Source: Cyanobacteriota bacterium
GTDB lineage: Bacteria; Cyanobacteriota; Cyanobacteriia; PCC-6307; Cyanobiaceae
DNA: 64,000 bases
Direction of reading: 5' to 3'
NCBI GenBank assembly: GCA_046052125.1
Contig: JBJOMY010000001.1
Location: 576,001-640,000, forward strand
A model generated the notes under the pieces. That model had not been told where the DNA came from and did no database searches. It saw only the letters and a list, made by a program, of their open reading frames with translations. How positions within the stretch are numbered: the first letter of the stretch is position 1; the number at the start of each line of letters is the position of its first letter. Both the position numbers and the translations under genes were made by a program. Below, piece after piece: positions 27,001 through 30,499 of this stretch.

Positions 27001-28578
27001 TGCGCTCTCCTCTGTTGTTGATTCGCTGTCTGCGCTGGTTGCTTCTGTGGTGGTTGCTGCCGTTGCCGCTTGTTCGGTGGAGGTGATTTCCACCTCTTCT
27101 GGATCAAGCAACCACTGGCCCGCTTGGCCTTTTGGTGCAGCGGTGGTCACCCGACCGGTGACGTTGAGCAGCTTGGCCGAGCTGGTTTCCACAAAACCAC
27201 CATCACCGCCCTCAGCCCCACCAACGGCGCTGATGGAGCCGTGCATGTCGGTGCGCTCGTCGCTCCAGACGATCACGCGGCCACCATCGCCCTGTTTAAC
27301 CGCATCAGCGCTGATTCGGCTGTTGTGGTCGATCAGCACAGCTTTGGCGTTGGGGAGTGCCGCATTGGCACCGCGTTGATCACCGCCGATGCGGATCTGG
27401 CCACCACCACTGGTGCCGTTAACGCTGAGGACAGCGCCAATCAGCTGAATGTTTTCTCCGAGGATGTCGATGCTGCCGTCGTAGAAGCGGCTCACATCAC
27501 CACTGCTCGATCCCTGTGAAAACAGGCTGCCCGGCTGCAGGCTCACCCCTTTGAGTGCAACAGCTGCATCGCCCGCCGCGACGGTGTGATCGCTGAAGGC
27601 TGTCTTCGACTGATCGGATTTTGAAACGAGGTTTTGTGCTTCCAGGGTGCCCTGGAGCTTCACCTGTTTGCCGGCAACCGTGATCGCTCCGGCCGGTGCA
27701 CTCACCGCTTCTCCGCCGAGCAACTCCGCCATGGAGTTGGCCTGAACAAGACCGCCGACGTTGACGACGGAGGTGAGCGCCCCGCCCAGGTGGGACGCAC
27801 CGATCCAGATGTCTCCGCCTGGAGCCTGGATCGTGCCTTGCTGATTGATCAGCGAATTGAGAACTTCATCACTCACCGCCAGAGTGATCAAGCCATCGCC
27901 ATTCACATCCAGCGTGGCGCTCTGGCCGCTGGCCAGCACCACCGTGCCCATGCGGGCACTGATCAGGCCCTCGTTGCTGATGTTGGCGCCCACCAGGGCT
28001 GCCAGGCCACCTTCTGCAACGCTGATGCTGCCTTGGTTGAGGATTTGGCCTTCTGCGGGCCCGCTGGTGGGTTTCCACAGGCGCAGAGGGCCGCCCGAGA
28101 GGAACTGCTCAGGGTTGGCATCCAGCGTGGAGGCCATGAAGCTGGCCGTGTTCACGCTGCCGGAGGGTCCGATCAACAGGCCCTGCGGGTTCAGCAGGAT
28201 CACCCCGCCGTTGGCCTTCAGCAGGCCATCAATTTTTGACGGCCCTAGGCCGCCAACCACCCGGCCCAGAAACAGCGACTTGGCGTCCGGCTGCTGGATG
28301 AGCACCCGCTCGTTGGCGCGGATGTTGAAGCTGTTGAAATCGACCGCCCCACGCCGCTGCTGCTGGCGGATCTGGAGGGTGGCCGGATCAGGGTTCGAGA
28401 ACTCGATGCCACCACCGCGCACGCGTGCGCCATCGGGCAGGGCGAAGCACGGCGCAGCCGAAAACGCTGCAATGGCCGCCATCGCACCGGTTTGCACCAC
28501 AAGCGCAGCCGCGTCGCGGCCACTGGGTCGGGCCTTTCCGGCCAGATCGCTTGCAGTGGCGGGTGTTTCCGGTGCCAA
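1..28578 (-). CDS. Giant filamentous haemagglutinin/TpsA-like exoprotein (>9,500 aa; 3' end beyond left edge of window)
   Basis: The same minus frame (codon 5' ends at multiples of 3) reads as sensible protein at 28440, at ~900 and at base 1. The ORF track reports no ORF in this frame, implying no in-frame stop. An upstream in-frame stop lies at 28597-28599. Candidate starts are TTG 28578, GTG 28500/28497 and ATG 28482. A signal-like segment ...AMAAIAAFSAAPCFA|LPDG precedes a TPS/haemagglutination-activity domain (FNSFNI, GRVVGG..SKIDGLLKANGGVILLNPQG), then PATR repeats and YDG repeats. Confidence 0.93.
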   Translation of the reverse strand, partial: MAPETPATASDLAGKARPSGRDAAALVVQTGAMAAIAAFSAAPCFALPDGARVRGGGIEFSNPDPATLQIRQQQRRGAVDFNSFNIRANERVLIQQPDAKSLFLGRVVGGLGPSKIDGLLKANGGVILLNPQGLLIGPSGSVNTASFMASTLDANPEQFLSGGPLRLWKPTSGPAEGQILNQGSISVAEGGLAALVGANISNEGLISARMGTVVLASGQSATLDVNGDGLITLAVSDEVLNSLINQQGTIQAPGGDIWIGASHLGGALTSVVNVGGLVQANSMAELLGGEAVSAPAGAITVAGKQVKLQGTLEAQNLVSKSDQSKTAFSDHTVAAGDAAVALKGVSLQPGSLFSQGSSSGDVSRFYDGSIDILGENIQLIGAVLSVNGTSGGGQIRIGGDQRGANAALPNAKAVLIDHNSRISADAVKQGDGGRVIVWSDERTDMHGSISAVGGAEGGDGGFVETSSAKLLNVTGRVTTAAPKGQAGQWLLDPEEVEITSTEQAATAATTTEATSADSESTTEESATAAPTEATSTISAESLQQAVNEGSTVTVEAKGEIQGAEAISTDQPSAGSLVVAANQANTAQTTSSPSPTEPLSQAAPAPESEAAAPATTAAEDDKEAEAIAQVEQATEQQVATQATAAQISTPAAPTASITTIKRLYLDGLDLTIDQASALNFAGQDLVIEACSTTCSFPSTGNITFLGFSGLNSLEVLAPTRIDLRGDISVANRLNFQGNLFLSAPSIRLSAADIEIAKPIQVALDLGPSSQLQITSSAPQQAIQIGAAQAGALPTLGTLTLSGSTLEAINQAPVSKLTIGDAAHNGSIVVHQELRSAQNLALVSTGSVEVSQSGSLKAGERIDIAGSNVDIQGAIQATNGTRGGAITIVADAINVGSAATLNAKGETAGGTIQIGGSWQNSNPSVRQATTTTIASGAVVDASATRLGDGGTIVAWSDITKANSVTTVSGTLLAKGGAAGGNGGRIETSGYDLKVDDIRVDTTAAAGETGLWLLDPYNITISEGTQAGVDGSFTGTADSAVVNVTTLTNALGSSNVTVSTGGAGSAGTQAGDITLATAFTSGSNNKLTLDAYRNININARILRVCDRRDCLELKTTTGAVLGSGEISVGGGNVIFNVGGSGSYSGDITGSGTLIKSGTGTQTLAGRGDMTGGTTVQAGTLRLVPGSAEGTNRFRWANGDQTITVNSGAVLELAATAGNSSNQTYLESGRSLTLNGSGTVKKTGTFSLEMGWNDRRFIVSQASDGLFQVAEGQVSHNYTRDNWRNNQGVLQIDSGTTFDTYSENVYISGLTGGGLLQNTYGAGGNKAIYITNSTSAANYTYSGIVDWNLWIEKAGAGKQTFSGAQGNFGDYVLRGGTLELSGTNWSLNVDSDVRMDAGTTLNIGGNISIGLLGHNTGSPTNTVVNLSNNATLTLGDNANSTFAGVIQGQGSIAKTKGSGTQTFSNQLTYNGSTTVSSGTLALSGAGSSLPSGGDLIVNGGLLDLNSVSHSMGKLSGTGGSIQLGSGTLTLNQTSNRSFAGNIRGTGGLVKNGTGTLNLTNWSDYTGTTTINGGTLSLDRFDGSGAGTLNSSRVIVNSGGILDWAVANSFGWIGNSAIEAITVNEGGQVGRADNALQQHMWNNFTVEMTGGKFYMGNNTQVMGLTFNIKAPTTSGAISEILPGGGSGDFRLRNDGLNITFDVAQNASALVSAPIHTNGTHGTLTKSGLGQLELAGNNTYYGATYVNAGTLKVSGTQYPSAGDGTETTVATGATYIAANTHKIAYLQGGGNVQILSGVTLTSDDSASTTYSGVMSGAGRFVKSGSGELTLSGVNTFSGGFTLENGTVWLNSASGPAIATNITLGNNTANASNLRMMRDNQFADGLVLTSANAAGNWTRFDLRGTNQSLKQIISGSSSAQGSLILQNIGSDGTVVSGRSQGTLTLTGNDNSILNAWVRDQDSNGTNNPLKIVKRGSGDLLFLHTSSKNDGMNFTGGLDVQAGTVTVGDGSDHGRIGSAPVSLAAGTTLTYHRSTNPYSINNNWSGDGTVILKGTGANGQSSYSYYGTNSLSAAGTVVVDKARFDVTTGGTLGNASTIDVRTGGQLFFSSAVTGTFSAPILLAGSGWKEPDGSQLGAIRHSSSNLVTLSGPITLANNARIHTSGAGNLAISGVIDDGVNSFGLEKTGYYGLTLTAANTFGGDTVIRGGKLYLNNQTGPALYNAPTGSTERPSGTVRINNDNSTGSNTSGGYFVGVHTLAANQLGSNVNVSFDGTSYTGGWYNEFALDGFSQTIGNLLDAGGQQRNLIQLQNSVSNKTATLTVNQTTDATYTGSFRRNWSGSGSELNLVKNGSATLTFKTSSSHTNHLQGGNLTVNAGEFVYNIDDDPSANGNTTLGLNKITVAAGSTFTYVNDTSVTLTPELAGAGTVQLKGINTINVGDFDLTRSNASFSGAMRISDNTRLKLGTDIGLGTATLNVASGSGVFVYTTTPITTALSIAGQGWNEGTGRLGALRLDNGASWAGTVALTADADVGTYSSSDAASITGVISGATTSRLWKTWNGTLTLSGLNTYTGGTGLAGGVLAVSSVANAGAASALGASTADAANLLFNGGSLRYTGSASATSNRGFSIAAGGSGTIDLPSGSLTFSGGTPATTGSLSKSGSGTLALAGASLFTGSTTVSAGDLEILPGGNLGGGAYAGAISLGNGSTLRYKAGGTQAFSGAISGTGGNLLIDGATSVVTLSGSNTYTGRTDLDGGTLKITGGTSQTTAMDIASGTTLEFDTGATSWTGGGTDSNLTGSQRAFWTGTSGVTWTGGGTIIKKGSATLGISTDDADTWALAAGSKIDVQEGRLYFGWGWNDTATNNKVDVNVASGATFDLWDLPQYRIRNLTGSGTVSGASYTNATLPTLVVGESDATSTFSGTVTGLVGAITKVGTGTFTLDGAVNHGFSKSLSINAGEFKLTSSGRFNSGTLNGSVSVASGATLRFDTSSAQTLAGVVSGSGTLIQQGEGLLTLSNNNTFSGQTTIAANRQLYIGNSSGSTGSIGGDVNVGAGALLTYKSDASSRVVSNTLSGSGQVEFTGTATSTQGGYKLSLASPNFSGTVISKPQTRLTVTNAGAFGTGIVRVENTGQLYLTAEGSQAFGAAGLANTVYLAGDGWQESVGQLGALRIDNSALFSGNAILTANARIGVWGDTGWGTIGGVISEQGGSFALEKWGPGRMLLTGASTYTGQTIVGDGILRLANTNGPALYTGAGGGEVVINHKVNSTGWTFPNVWAQLEFGADNQLGADVDVTFDTQNPFAYMTLRGTTQTIGNISTGANPGWAVLQNVESAAHDTGVGAARLIFNQTRDLEFKGYLRDAYRDSAGRDSNATPTSGGTKPSLALEKYGSGKLTITTDTYSTGGITIHAGTLQIGDGNGVGSLDSRNTVNLTSTSSTLEYFRNNDVSINHNITGIGNVIFRGTGVSGQSHYDYNGTNSIGVDATITVDKARLRVDAQANIGTNNPWVIVKQGGQLWFPSSPTINSRIKLEGEGWLEAAATNKGVNGLGALRLDNNGTLQLNGQIVLTGNARIGMWSTNANVSIASSISESGGSHGLEFRAFNPSTTDSTASLVTLTGSSSYTGYTNLISGRLRLANPNGRALYTNTAATSNISIISEVNGADAFLEFGANNQLGSNVNLVFDSRSSGWAETNIMGTSQVIGNILQGSNSNNWRANIQNHWNLDNLANGTLTITQAQDVAFTGNVRDKAGTPGTSKLNIVKDGAGTLRLLNTTNPYSYGGSTTVNDGTLAFDFDTNGSGNVSPRTSGVTLNANDAAGTRGVLEFNVGSGTRDLAYNLSVSGNGTLRKTGAGKIQWGTTAATFNLGPGSWIDVQGGEFVAGSYNNEVWTDNKASLNIASGATFSSVENNVIIDALTGGGTWRSGWSGLSSSPTIGIAGGSGTFSGVIQDYDAANNHKLQNVIKVGSGTQIFTGANTYSGVTQVKGGVLQIGAGGTTGQLGSSSTEVQLTGGSLVFNRSNAYSVSQAVTKGSNPANNTGLLIQDGSGTTTLSHTTNTYNVGTQVNAGKLVFGGSSTETPTVDIASGATLTLSGNLNTFTNTAGITYRGAGTLERDGATTSSVGYLHGSYGGTIDLSAGGWIKLLKGELRLANGSVSDWTSNEASLDIASSANLNLFDYNNANGVIIDALTGSGEIKRSGGSGATTLQIGIANNIGVTNATATYSGNITDSTLALSKKGDGVQIVSGTHAYTGATNIEAGTLRLSGTLSDSTVVSVSANATFDVRSTDTIGSLAGATGSFVTLASGNVLTFGDGTNRDVNALISGAGGLKKAGTGTVSFGGAVGANSYTGITTISGGILRLAADEQLPNLSALVLSGGVFDVNNRTETAGSIAGTTGITLGTGTLSVGGLNTSTSYSGVISGAGGNLAKTGSGTLTLAGASTFTGGLSVTAGTLALGVSGALADSLPVSVTNATFDLAGFSDRIGTLLLTDSSVLGTAGTLTTAGITASNANSQSIQPHLAGTGGLIKTGAGRLTLVGDGTFSGTVSVDTGSLRIGDNGTTGSLNGNAIALANNATLEFSRASGQASSFSGLVSGTGALRLLGGDLTLSGANTYSGSTWVDGGKLILGANEVIPNASLLTIANGGEFFLNGKTETVHRVAGTGTIRLASTLIIGGDNSSYVLNPTVVGTGDLVKAGSGTITILQDLGLTSPSTVTVQAGTLQLGNTVSSGTLGGANIVNNAALVIRPGANTTINGTLSGSGSLLIDASGWSATLASSNAGFSGATSVTAGTATFGASQAFGTGTITVAAGAALDLKGSQSTNSSITLTAQGDTPVLLSSSGTGQITGSVTATNAATFSSSSGGGITIDGVLTVPGQLSLLGGGNFTALNLNNSVPVIASVNVGNLDLRTAGDLTLGSITQGLTITNGIRSSGSVRLMAGGALTLPSSSLISSTGGAIALQGARFDNLAGANALLAGGGKSWTVRSTNADPFGLNGGTADQRGGLVFDYKRYGVTGDVGLPVDGRNGFEYTYQPVLTAAIGGTATKVYDGNVNIALGNINYTASGMVDGDSSILLVGEGTFADKNVGTGKVITPGAIYFQSGDSGNATGNKPVYGYAVNQTPTSSNVSGSITPRTATLVLSAADKVYDGTTAGSANTGSASFTNMVSGDQLTVSSVATFSDKNVGTGKTVFLVNTFGGTDVGNYTVIDQTTTTAAITRKTLTFNGATGLSKTYDGTTAITSGNGLGTLDGIVSINGVADVVTGAGQAIFSSKDAGTVSVNQGGAYLTGADSGNYTFTWAPSTATINKATLTVTANDDAKFVTLNDPVAANGSTGYAGVRYSGFVNGETTSALNLTGLTVTRDRSGLTGANSTEDPAGSYAGKLQASGLSSNNYAFNYQAGNFTIVPAGELVIRTAPVNATNTYGSTPALQVSSAQYVTISGGTTTLHTLTVNPSGSDFVVTDIAGGSSTVSLAVANPALSTAQQIQAGNYAITTGSFTQTGSNNFDGTPLILGNVTISPKQLTSPVLSTAPSKVYDGTQSLGALPITATGLVATDVVSFASDNYFSDKNAGTGKSYTAASIRLGGADAANYYITTTSISGTDGVITPKNLTISGLTAADKVYDRTRTATVNTAGATFNGLIAGDTVSVSSNGTFATKNVGTQTVTFNNLTLGGADAGNYTYSGGTLTTTAAISKATITGVTGIAASPKVYDRTGAANLDLTTAVLAGLISGDHLTISSANGAFTNVNAGAGRTVAISGLTLGGTDVGNYQLASTTTSTTADITKATITAIGNLSGVNRTYNATTAAQLNTASATFTGLIDGDGLSVGSYNASFANKNAETGKAITINSLSLGGISAGNYQLGSGAIPTTLTADVSRASITAISGITANNKVYNDSTAATLNTAGASFAGIAPGDVLSVATATGAFSDQHVGTNKHVTISGLSLGGTDAANYTLADNTATANAEITKATLTIGSISAANRTYDGTTAAQLSGYSFADLFSGDAVTLSFTGQSFGDKNVGVGKTVTFTGAAITGNDAGNYQLASALPTVTANITPLALQVSNLRAANKVYDATNTATVDFSQAVYNNRQGNDVLSVSGVGTFNQATVGDNIGVTFTSLSLTGADAGNYSFAGGTLSTSGNITPRPITAVSGVTATDRVYDGTAVATVGLTGAVLTGNLDGSNLTLTGGTASFADKAVGTNRTVTVTGASLGGSAAPNYTLDAPVTSAASITPVTISAVTGVSANNRVYDGGVTATLNLSNAGFTNKLGADSLTIGTYTASFSDKTVGAAKAVSVSNMTLGGADAGNYQLTATTLSLTADITPKAISITGISSVDRTYNQNNDVALNQATAVFNGAALGDVLLALGGNGTMANADAGTGKLVTITGLSLAGADAANYTLSSNASTSTVNIARAPLSLSGATGLTKVYDGTTALPGGATAYGALGGVLTGDVVELSGLARFDSKDGGQRAVQVGTLALTGSSAHNYTLNWTDGSGTITKKALTVTANNDARFVTQTEPSGYNGVSYTGLVAGETGSVLGGALSFTRQQGVEFNSAGNYTLTPSGLTSSNYEISYENGTYTIVAANRLLIKTANETQTFGSIISLAPTSVQYLAADSRLYDLTQATTSSGEYTYTYNDGAGGSFTFRLGAVGPMSNSGNLTVGNYDVTATTFTQTGRANVDPGGPVYVGKLTIAPKLVQASVTAPTKMYDGTTAASTSAVSLSGVLTNDVVAPTAGPAGSFSGPDAGTNRAYSYSGLALSGDDAANYYLASNTLTGNDGVITPRVLSISGSNAAARTYDGTRNATVSVGTLSGFVTGQTVTAAVQSAVFDSANAGMQTATVSYSLANGTGGGLASNYTLAGDRLSALITPKELILGTATVDGKVYDGTTAATITPGTVSGVLSGESIAVTATGSFRSANAGLQTADFTYTLTGGGNTVATNYTLPSFAGSANATITAKGLSFATPTSVVGRVYDGTTIATASLGTLTGFVGGESVTAAIQSALFDSANAGTRQATVTYSLSGNGATNYSLASDVITAAITPKALNWSIDSTAVGRAYDGTRDASVNLGSLAGFVGTEEVTASVQSAFYTSANAGTTTASVSYALADGANGGLASNYSLASNLVNGLITTKALSISGTSAASRQYDGTTTASITPGQLAGLVGNETLGVTATGTFANTNVVGVQAVTGTYQLVDGSGLASNYSLANPTGLQASITERVLTISGSQAVERSYDGTTNAAVNPGTLNNVVAGESLQVVASGVFSSKDAGYRDVTTTYSLSDGVNASGLASNYVLAGEILSSRITPATLSLSSLTAADKTYDGTTAATLTLGTLEGTLGETLGVTASGAFNTADAGNSIPVSYTLTLVDGVGAQAGSASNFVLADPGLTLTASITPRALSITPGTVTTKAYDGTQIAVVTPGQLSGMVGAETLSISQVDAQFASKNAGTHAVTTNYTLANGSNGGKASNYTLAGSTLSGTITPKSLQIFGSLVTDKVYDRSTVATVTPGNLVGVVTGEGISVSVASATFDSSNAGARLATVTYTLNDAPSVDGVPSALASNYQLGSQQLYGAITPKAITISGITAADKTYDGNTLATVNTQGATGWLLGDNIVVSASGNFDNKNAGAGKTVSLSTTYSGNDLDNYLITSQTSTTATIAPRAITISGITASDKTYDATTAASVDVGFASGWLAGDAVSVSATGVFSDKNAAIGKTVLLSSTYSGDDIANYLIADQASATATINKATLSVSGSSGLTKVYDGTVALGASDLPGYGPLAGVLLSDAVSLNGAAQFFAKDAGSVDVVRGNVALAGADAGNYTLNWSNGSGTITQAPLTIAANDNATFYQQALNLSSAGVRYTGFVNGETSSVLAGSLAYSSNASNTQAGNYTLSVSGQTSNNYSITYSPATYTVVPANSLLVKLNNSSTTYGDAPSYSINSVSYLAADNTSIVSLTGNQIGLTGNTITVNDGSSSAVFDIAISNPSLSTGRYLNVGGYDLSTRNLSLTNGGNFSGTVTLLGSLQVGQREITIGGITAAGKEYDATTSATITTTNAAGWLTGDSVLVSTTGAFATKAVGTNKTVDLGPASYSGADVGNYRINNQLTTTATITPKAITISGIRALDKVYDGSTTASFDTTAATGWFAGDAVTVTPTGVFSDKNVAPGKTVTLTSSTYSGADAGNYQITNQVTSAASITQLASVTWTGPATGDWLDPLNWAGGAVPDLANVANVILPSGIQATLGTSAVSPAATGPITLTSISGGGSLVQSGGSLQVGSGGISLNSLNQSGGLLASSGAIQLATLTQSGGALSTPSDLFITGTFSQSGTGNLSVGNNLTITAGSTPVMQSGTAQLSVGGVTSISTTSDISLASSSNNFTGSLNLNADDIAIADLNGITLGSITTTGNLNLNAGGNITQSGPLIIAGTSNFSTPADITLLNQQNAFPGAISASGNDIQIYNSLTTILGTITATGNTGDPASLSVTAANGDITATGTITSEDLTLTATTGDITQSGSGTIIASGATNLTAGDDINLSSTSNNFGGAVSASGNDIALGDSNGITLGTTTSTGNFSVNAGGDITQSGPLIVAGTSNFSTLADITLLNQLNAFTGAISASGNDIQIYNSLATILGTITATGNSSDPASLSVTAANGDITATGTITSEDLTLTATTGDITQSGSGTIIASGATNLTAGDDINLSSTSNNFGGAVSASGNDIALGDSNGITLGTTTSTGNFSVNAGGDITQSGPLIVAGTSNFSTLADITLLNQLNAFTGAISASGNDIQIYNSLATILGTITATGNSSDPASLSVTAANGDITATGTITSEDLTLTATTGDITQSGSGTIIASGATNLTAGDDINLSSTSNNFGGAVSASGNDIALGDSNGITLGTTTSTGNFSVNAGGDITQSGPLIVAGTSNFSTLADITLLNQLNAFTGAISASGNDIQIYNSLATILGTITATGNSSDPASLSVTAANGDITATGTITSEDLTLTATTGDITQSGSGTIIASGATNLTAGDDINLSSTSNNFGGAVSASGNDIALGDSNGITLGTTTSTGNFSVNAGGDITQSGPLIVAGTSNFSTSADINLLDQLNAFTGAITASGDDIQIHNSLATILGNIDAGGTFSLTSLGDVTQVAGTALDIAGDSSFSTPGSLNLSNAGNDFQGPVNLDALNIAIADSNDLQLGNVDADGTFSLTSGGDVTQVAGTALDIAGVSSFSTPGSLNLSNAGNDFQGPVNLDAVNIAIADSNDLQLANVDADGTFSLTSGGDVTQIGSGVIRVGGTTEITASGDLLLGNAGNDFRGPVNLDAGDITIKDSNGIELGRISAGGDFSATANGPVTTTAPLNVAGRTSIVVPVAPSGGGGGGSSTGGGKNGAGGSNANNGNDGTYRPTPGTIGSIAAETFVTISSGVQTVSNTPASVAIASTGSWSDYMSMPFNDPADAAYDPTGNSIAGQGPSTIALVTVPSVDGYNWAPSQIGIAVEIAYPSLNISSEIAANGNIELEGTISGPASAPSTEGPSTTLSEQLGGTEAAGSNEASTAQEQLPGASQISA
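844..1312. repeat. Intragenic 207-bp (69-aa) tandem repeat, ~2.3 copies
   Basis: ttgggtgacatcacc...gagaaggtgcc recurs at ~844, ~1051 and ~1258. The shadow ORFs at 914 and 1121 are near-identical. Confidence 0.92.
1313..3430. repeat. Intragenic 489-bp (163-aa) near-perfect tandem repeat, ~4.3 copies
   Basis: Shadow ORFs at 1883, 2372, 2861 and 3350 are exactly 489 bp apart. The central copies look identical and the edge copies carry substitutions. Confidence 0.95.
4070..13550 (-). repeat. Array of ~30 diverged YDG-type (plus MBG-like) Ig-like repeats, ~260-270 bp each
   Basis: Recurrent K/R-x-Y-D-G-T-T, F-x-D-K-N-V/A-G-x-x-K-T-V and G-A-D-A-x-N-Y motifs in the giant ORF (gtcgta/gtcata on the plus strand at ~260-bp spacing). 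Confidence 0.88.
14700..25200 (-). repeat. Autotransporter-associated beta-strand (PATR) repeat region
   Basis: Many copies of L-x-K-x-G-x-G-T-L-T-L-x-G-x-N-T-Y-x-G-x-T-x-V/I-x-x-G-T-L in the giant ORF. Confidence 0.88.
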
Positions 28579-28660
28579 GCCGTTTGGTATCTGTGGTTAC
28601 ATACTAGAGGCTGCCTCAGGCTCTTGCTAGCCCTCACCCGTTGCAGCCTGCAAACGAGTT

Positions 28661-28678
28661 TGTTCAATATTGTGAACA
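28661..28678. promoter_or_regulatory. Palindrome TGTTCA-N6-TGAACA in the divergent promoter region (candidate operator)
   Basis: Perfect 6-bp inverted repeat between the giant gene start and the divergent 28752 ORF. Function is inferred only. Confidence 0.35.
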
Positions 28679-28751
28679 CGCAAGCGATCAGGGGTCGACT
28701 ACCTGTCAATTGTGGGACGCACGAGCCTGACAACAGGGAGTTTGCTAGTAG

Positions 28752-29480
28752 ATGCTTGGGCTAATGCAATCACCTTCGGCGTCAATAAGCACGGTGAAGC
28801 GCCAGCATTTCTCGGATATCCTCAACTCGTGGCTAGCTGTTAATTGTTGGACATCATCTGACTTTGCACTCTTAACTCGGGCATTTTGCTTTCCCTCTAG
28901 AGATTTGTCGGCGAGAGTTATTGATTCTATTTTGACTGGATCAAGGCTCGAGCTTATGCCCATTCACTTTCAGGCCTTTGCAGCCGTCGAGCTCGGTCTT
29001 CGGCAGCGTGAGACAGGTGTAATACAGCTTAGGTCTGACGTTGATCTCCTGTGTGGTTATACAACTTCCTTGTGCCGTGATGATTCTGCTGTTAAAGCCA
29101 GCTGGTGGTTTGCCCTTTACTGCGGCGAGACTTGGGCACTGCAGATGATCGATCAAGATCTGGTCAGCCAGCCTTCGAGCTTGTCTCCACTCATCAAGCG
29201 GTTTCCTGGATACATGAGGTCGGAGTTTGCACGGAATGGGCTCGATCCAGTTTCCCACGTGAAGCAGGCTGCCCAGGTTCTGAATGGTTCAAGCTCTTTG
29301 AAGGCGAGCCGCTACATTGACTGGGCACTGGATTACTGCACTCTCACTGAAAAAGAGGCCCGATTGGCATTTCCTTTCAGTTTAATGCTCCTCTCCTCGA
29401 TAGGGCACACGTGTGATTCATTACATCAGGCGCGACTGAGGCTCGAGCCTGATGTTCGTCGGCCTGCTTTGGCCGCATAA
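28752..29480 (+). CDS. Putative XRE/HTH-like regulator, distant homologue of 44131..44838
   Basis: 242-aa ORF. FSDILNSWLAVNCWT and ASWWFALYCG align by eye with FGKFLRNWRRSNDWS and AEDWFACYIG of the 44131 protein. Confidence 0.55.
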   Translation: MLGLMQSPSASISTVKRQHFSDILNSWLAVNCWTSSDFALLTRAFCFPSRDLSARVIDSILTGSRLELMPIHFQAFAAVELGLRQRETGVIQLRSDVDLLCGYTTSLCRDDSAVKASWWFALYCGETWALQMIDQDLVSQPSSLSPLIKRFPGYMRSEFARNGLDPVSHVKQAAQVLNGSSSLKASRYIDWALDYCTLTEKEARLAFPFSLMLLSSIGHTCDSLHQARLRLEPDVRRPALAA

Positions 29481-29519
29481 ACCTCGCGTCACTTATTCGG
29501 GTCTGCTGCTAAGTTTCTG

Positions 29520-29849
29520 ATGGCTTTATATCAGTGGCATGCGGCAACATCTCAGAATTGCTTGCTGACACTGTTTGCGGATCGGCTTGTGGAACTGAGC
29601 TTCGAGGTCGTTCCCTCAGTTTCCCATTCTGATCAGGTTTATGCGATTGGCTCTCCTGCCTGCCAAATGAATCGATGCTCCAATGTTAGGTGGACAGATC
29701 GCCATGCGGGTGAATTCCAGATTGATCTCATCAGTGACGAGCCTTTTTTGCTGGAAGGATCATGCTGTGAACTGGTATCTGTAACTCTTCAAAAGATTTT
29801 CCCACCAATCCAAGCCCGTGCCGCGTATTCAGAACCGATTGCCGGTTAA
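29520..29849 (+). CDS. Hypothetical protein
   Basis: 109-aa ATG ORF 40 bp downstream of the previous gene in the same orientation. Confidence 0.45.
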   Translation: MALYQWHAATSQNCLLTLFADRLVELSFEVVPSVSHSDQVYAIGSPACQMNRCSNVRWTDRHAGEFQIDLISDEPFLLEGSCCELVSVTLQKIFPPIQARAAYSEPIAG

Positions 29850-30061
29850 TGATCAGATCCGTCAGCTAGAACTTGACATTCGTCTGCCGCGGCAGTTTCT
29901 GCTCAACCTCATGCGGCACCGCGGGTTTGCGTTGATCGTGTCTGCCATGGTTGTACTGCTCTCATCTGCATTGATCCATCCGCATCTGGTCTTCGTGGGT
30001 GTGCCCGCTTTCGCTGTGCTCATGGCGTCTGGGGTTTCAGCAGTCCAAGAGCAGAGAAAGC

Positions 30062-30084
30062 GAGGGGGTGTTGCGTCCCCCCTC
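30062..30084 (-). terminator. Possible intrinsic terminator
   Basis: GAGGGGG...CCCCCTC stem, followed on the minus strand by gctttctct, downstream of 30186..30488. Confidence 0.4.
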
Positions 30085-30185
30085 AATTTAATCACCCTTG
30101 GCTAAGATCGTGAAGCGTTGATGCGATCACGACCACGGAAGACTAGTAGGCAGAACTCTCGTTAGTGTCTCTAGAGCCATTGTAT

Positions 30186-30488
30186 TCAGAGGCCTAGGTA
30201 GCGCATCTGGTAGAGCGCGATGTTGTGCTCTACCAGCCACCGGTTGATCTCCGGCAGCATCTGCATTGGAGTTTCGATTTGCAGGGAGCGTGTACTGGGC
30301 TCGCGTGCCAGCGCCAGGGTTTGGGCTGTGATCTGCGTATGCGGTAGCTGGTTGAGCTGAGTGAGATAGGAGGCCAATTCGGAGCTGCCAGCGCCGATCA
30401 CCAACAACACCCTGTGGGCGGTTTCTGAGTAATCGCGGCTGAGCTGTTCGAGTTCAGCGACGAAGTGCTCTTCTTGCGGTGCTGCCAT
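30186..30488 (-). CDS. Hypothetical protein
   Basis: 100-aa ORF from ATG 30488 (MAAPQEEHFVAELEQL...) with protein-like composition. Confidence 0.5.
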   Translation of the reverse strand: MAAPQEEHFVAELEQLSRDYSETAHRVLLVIGAGSSELASYLTQLNQLPHTQITAQTLALAREPSTRSLQIETPMQMLPEINRWLVEHNIALYQMRYLGL

Positions 30489-30499
30489 TGGTTCAGTAT

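Noticed and set aside
303..28764. Dozens of plus-strand and off-frame ORFs (e.g. 13628..14779, 1883..2317, 27845..28630)
   Set aside because: They are antisense or out-of-frame shadows of the giant minus-strand gene, with Pro/Val/Ser-rich nonsense composition.
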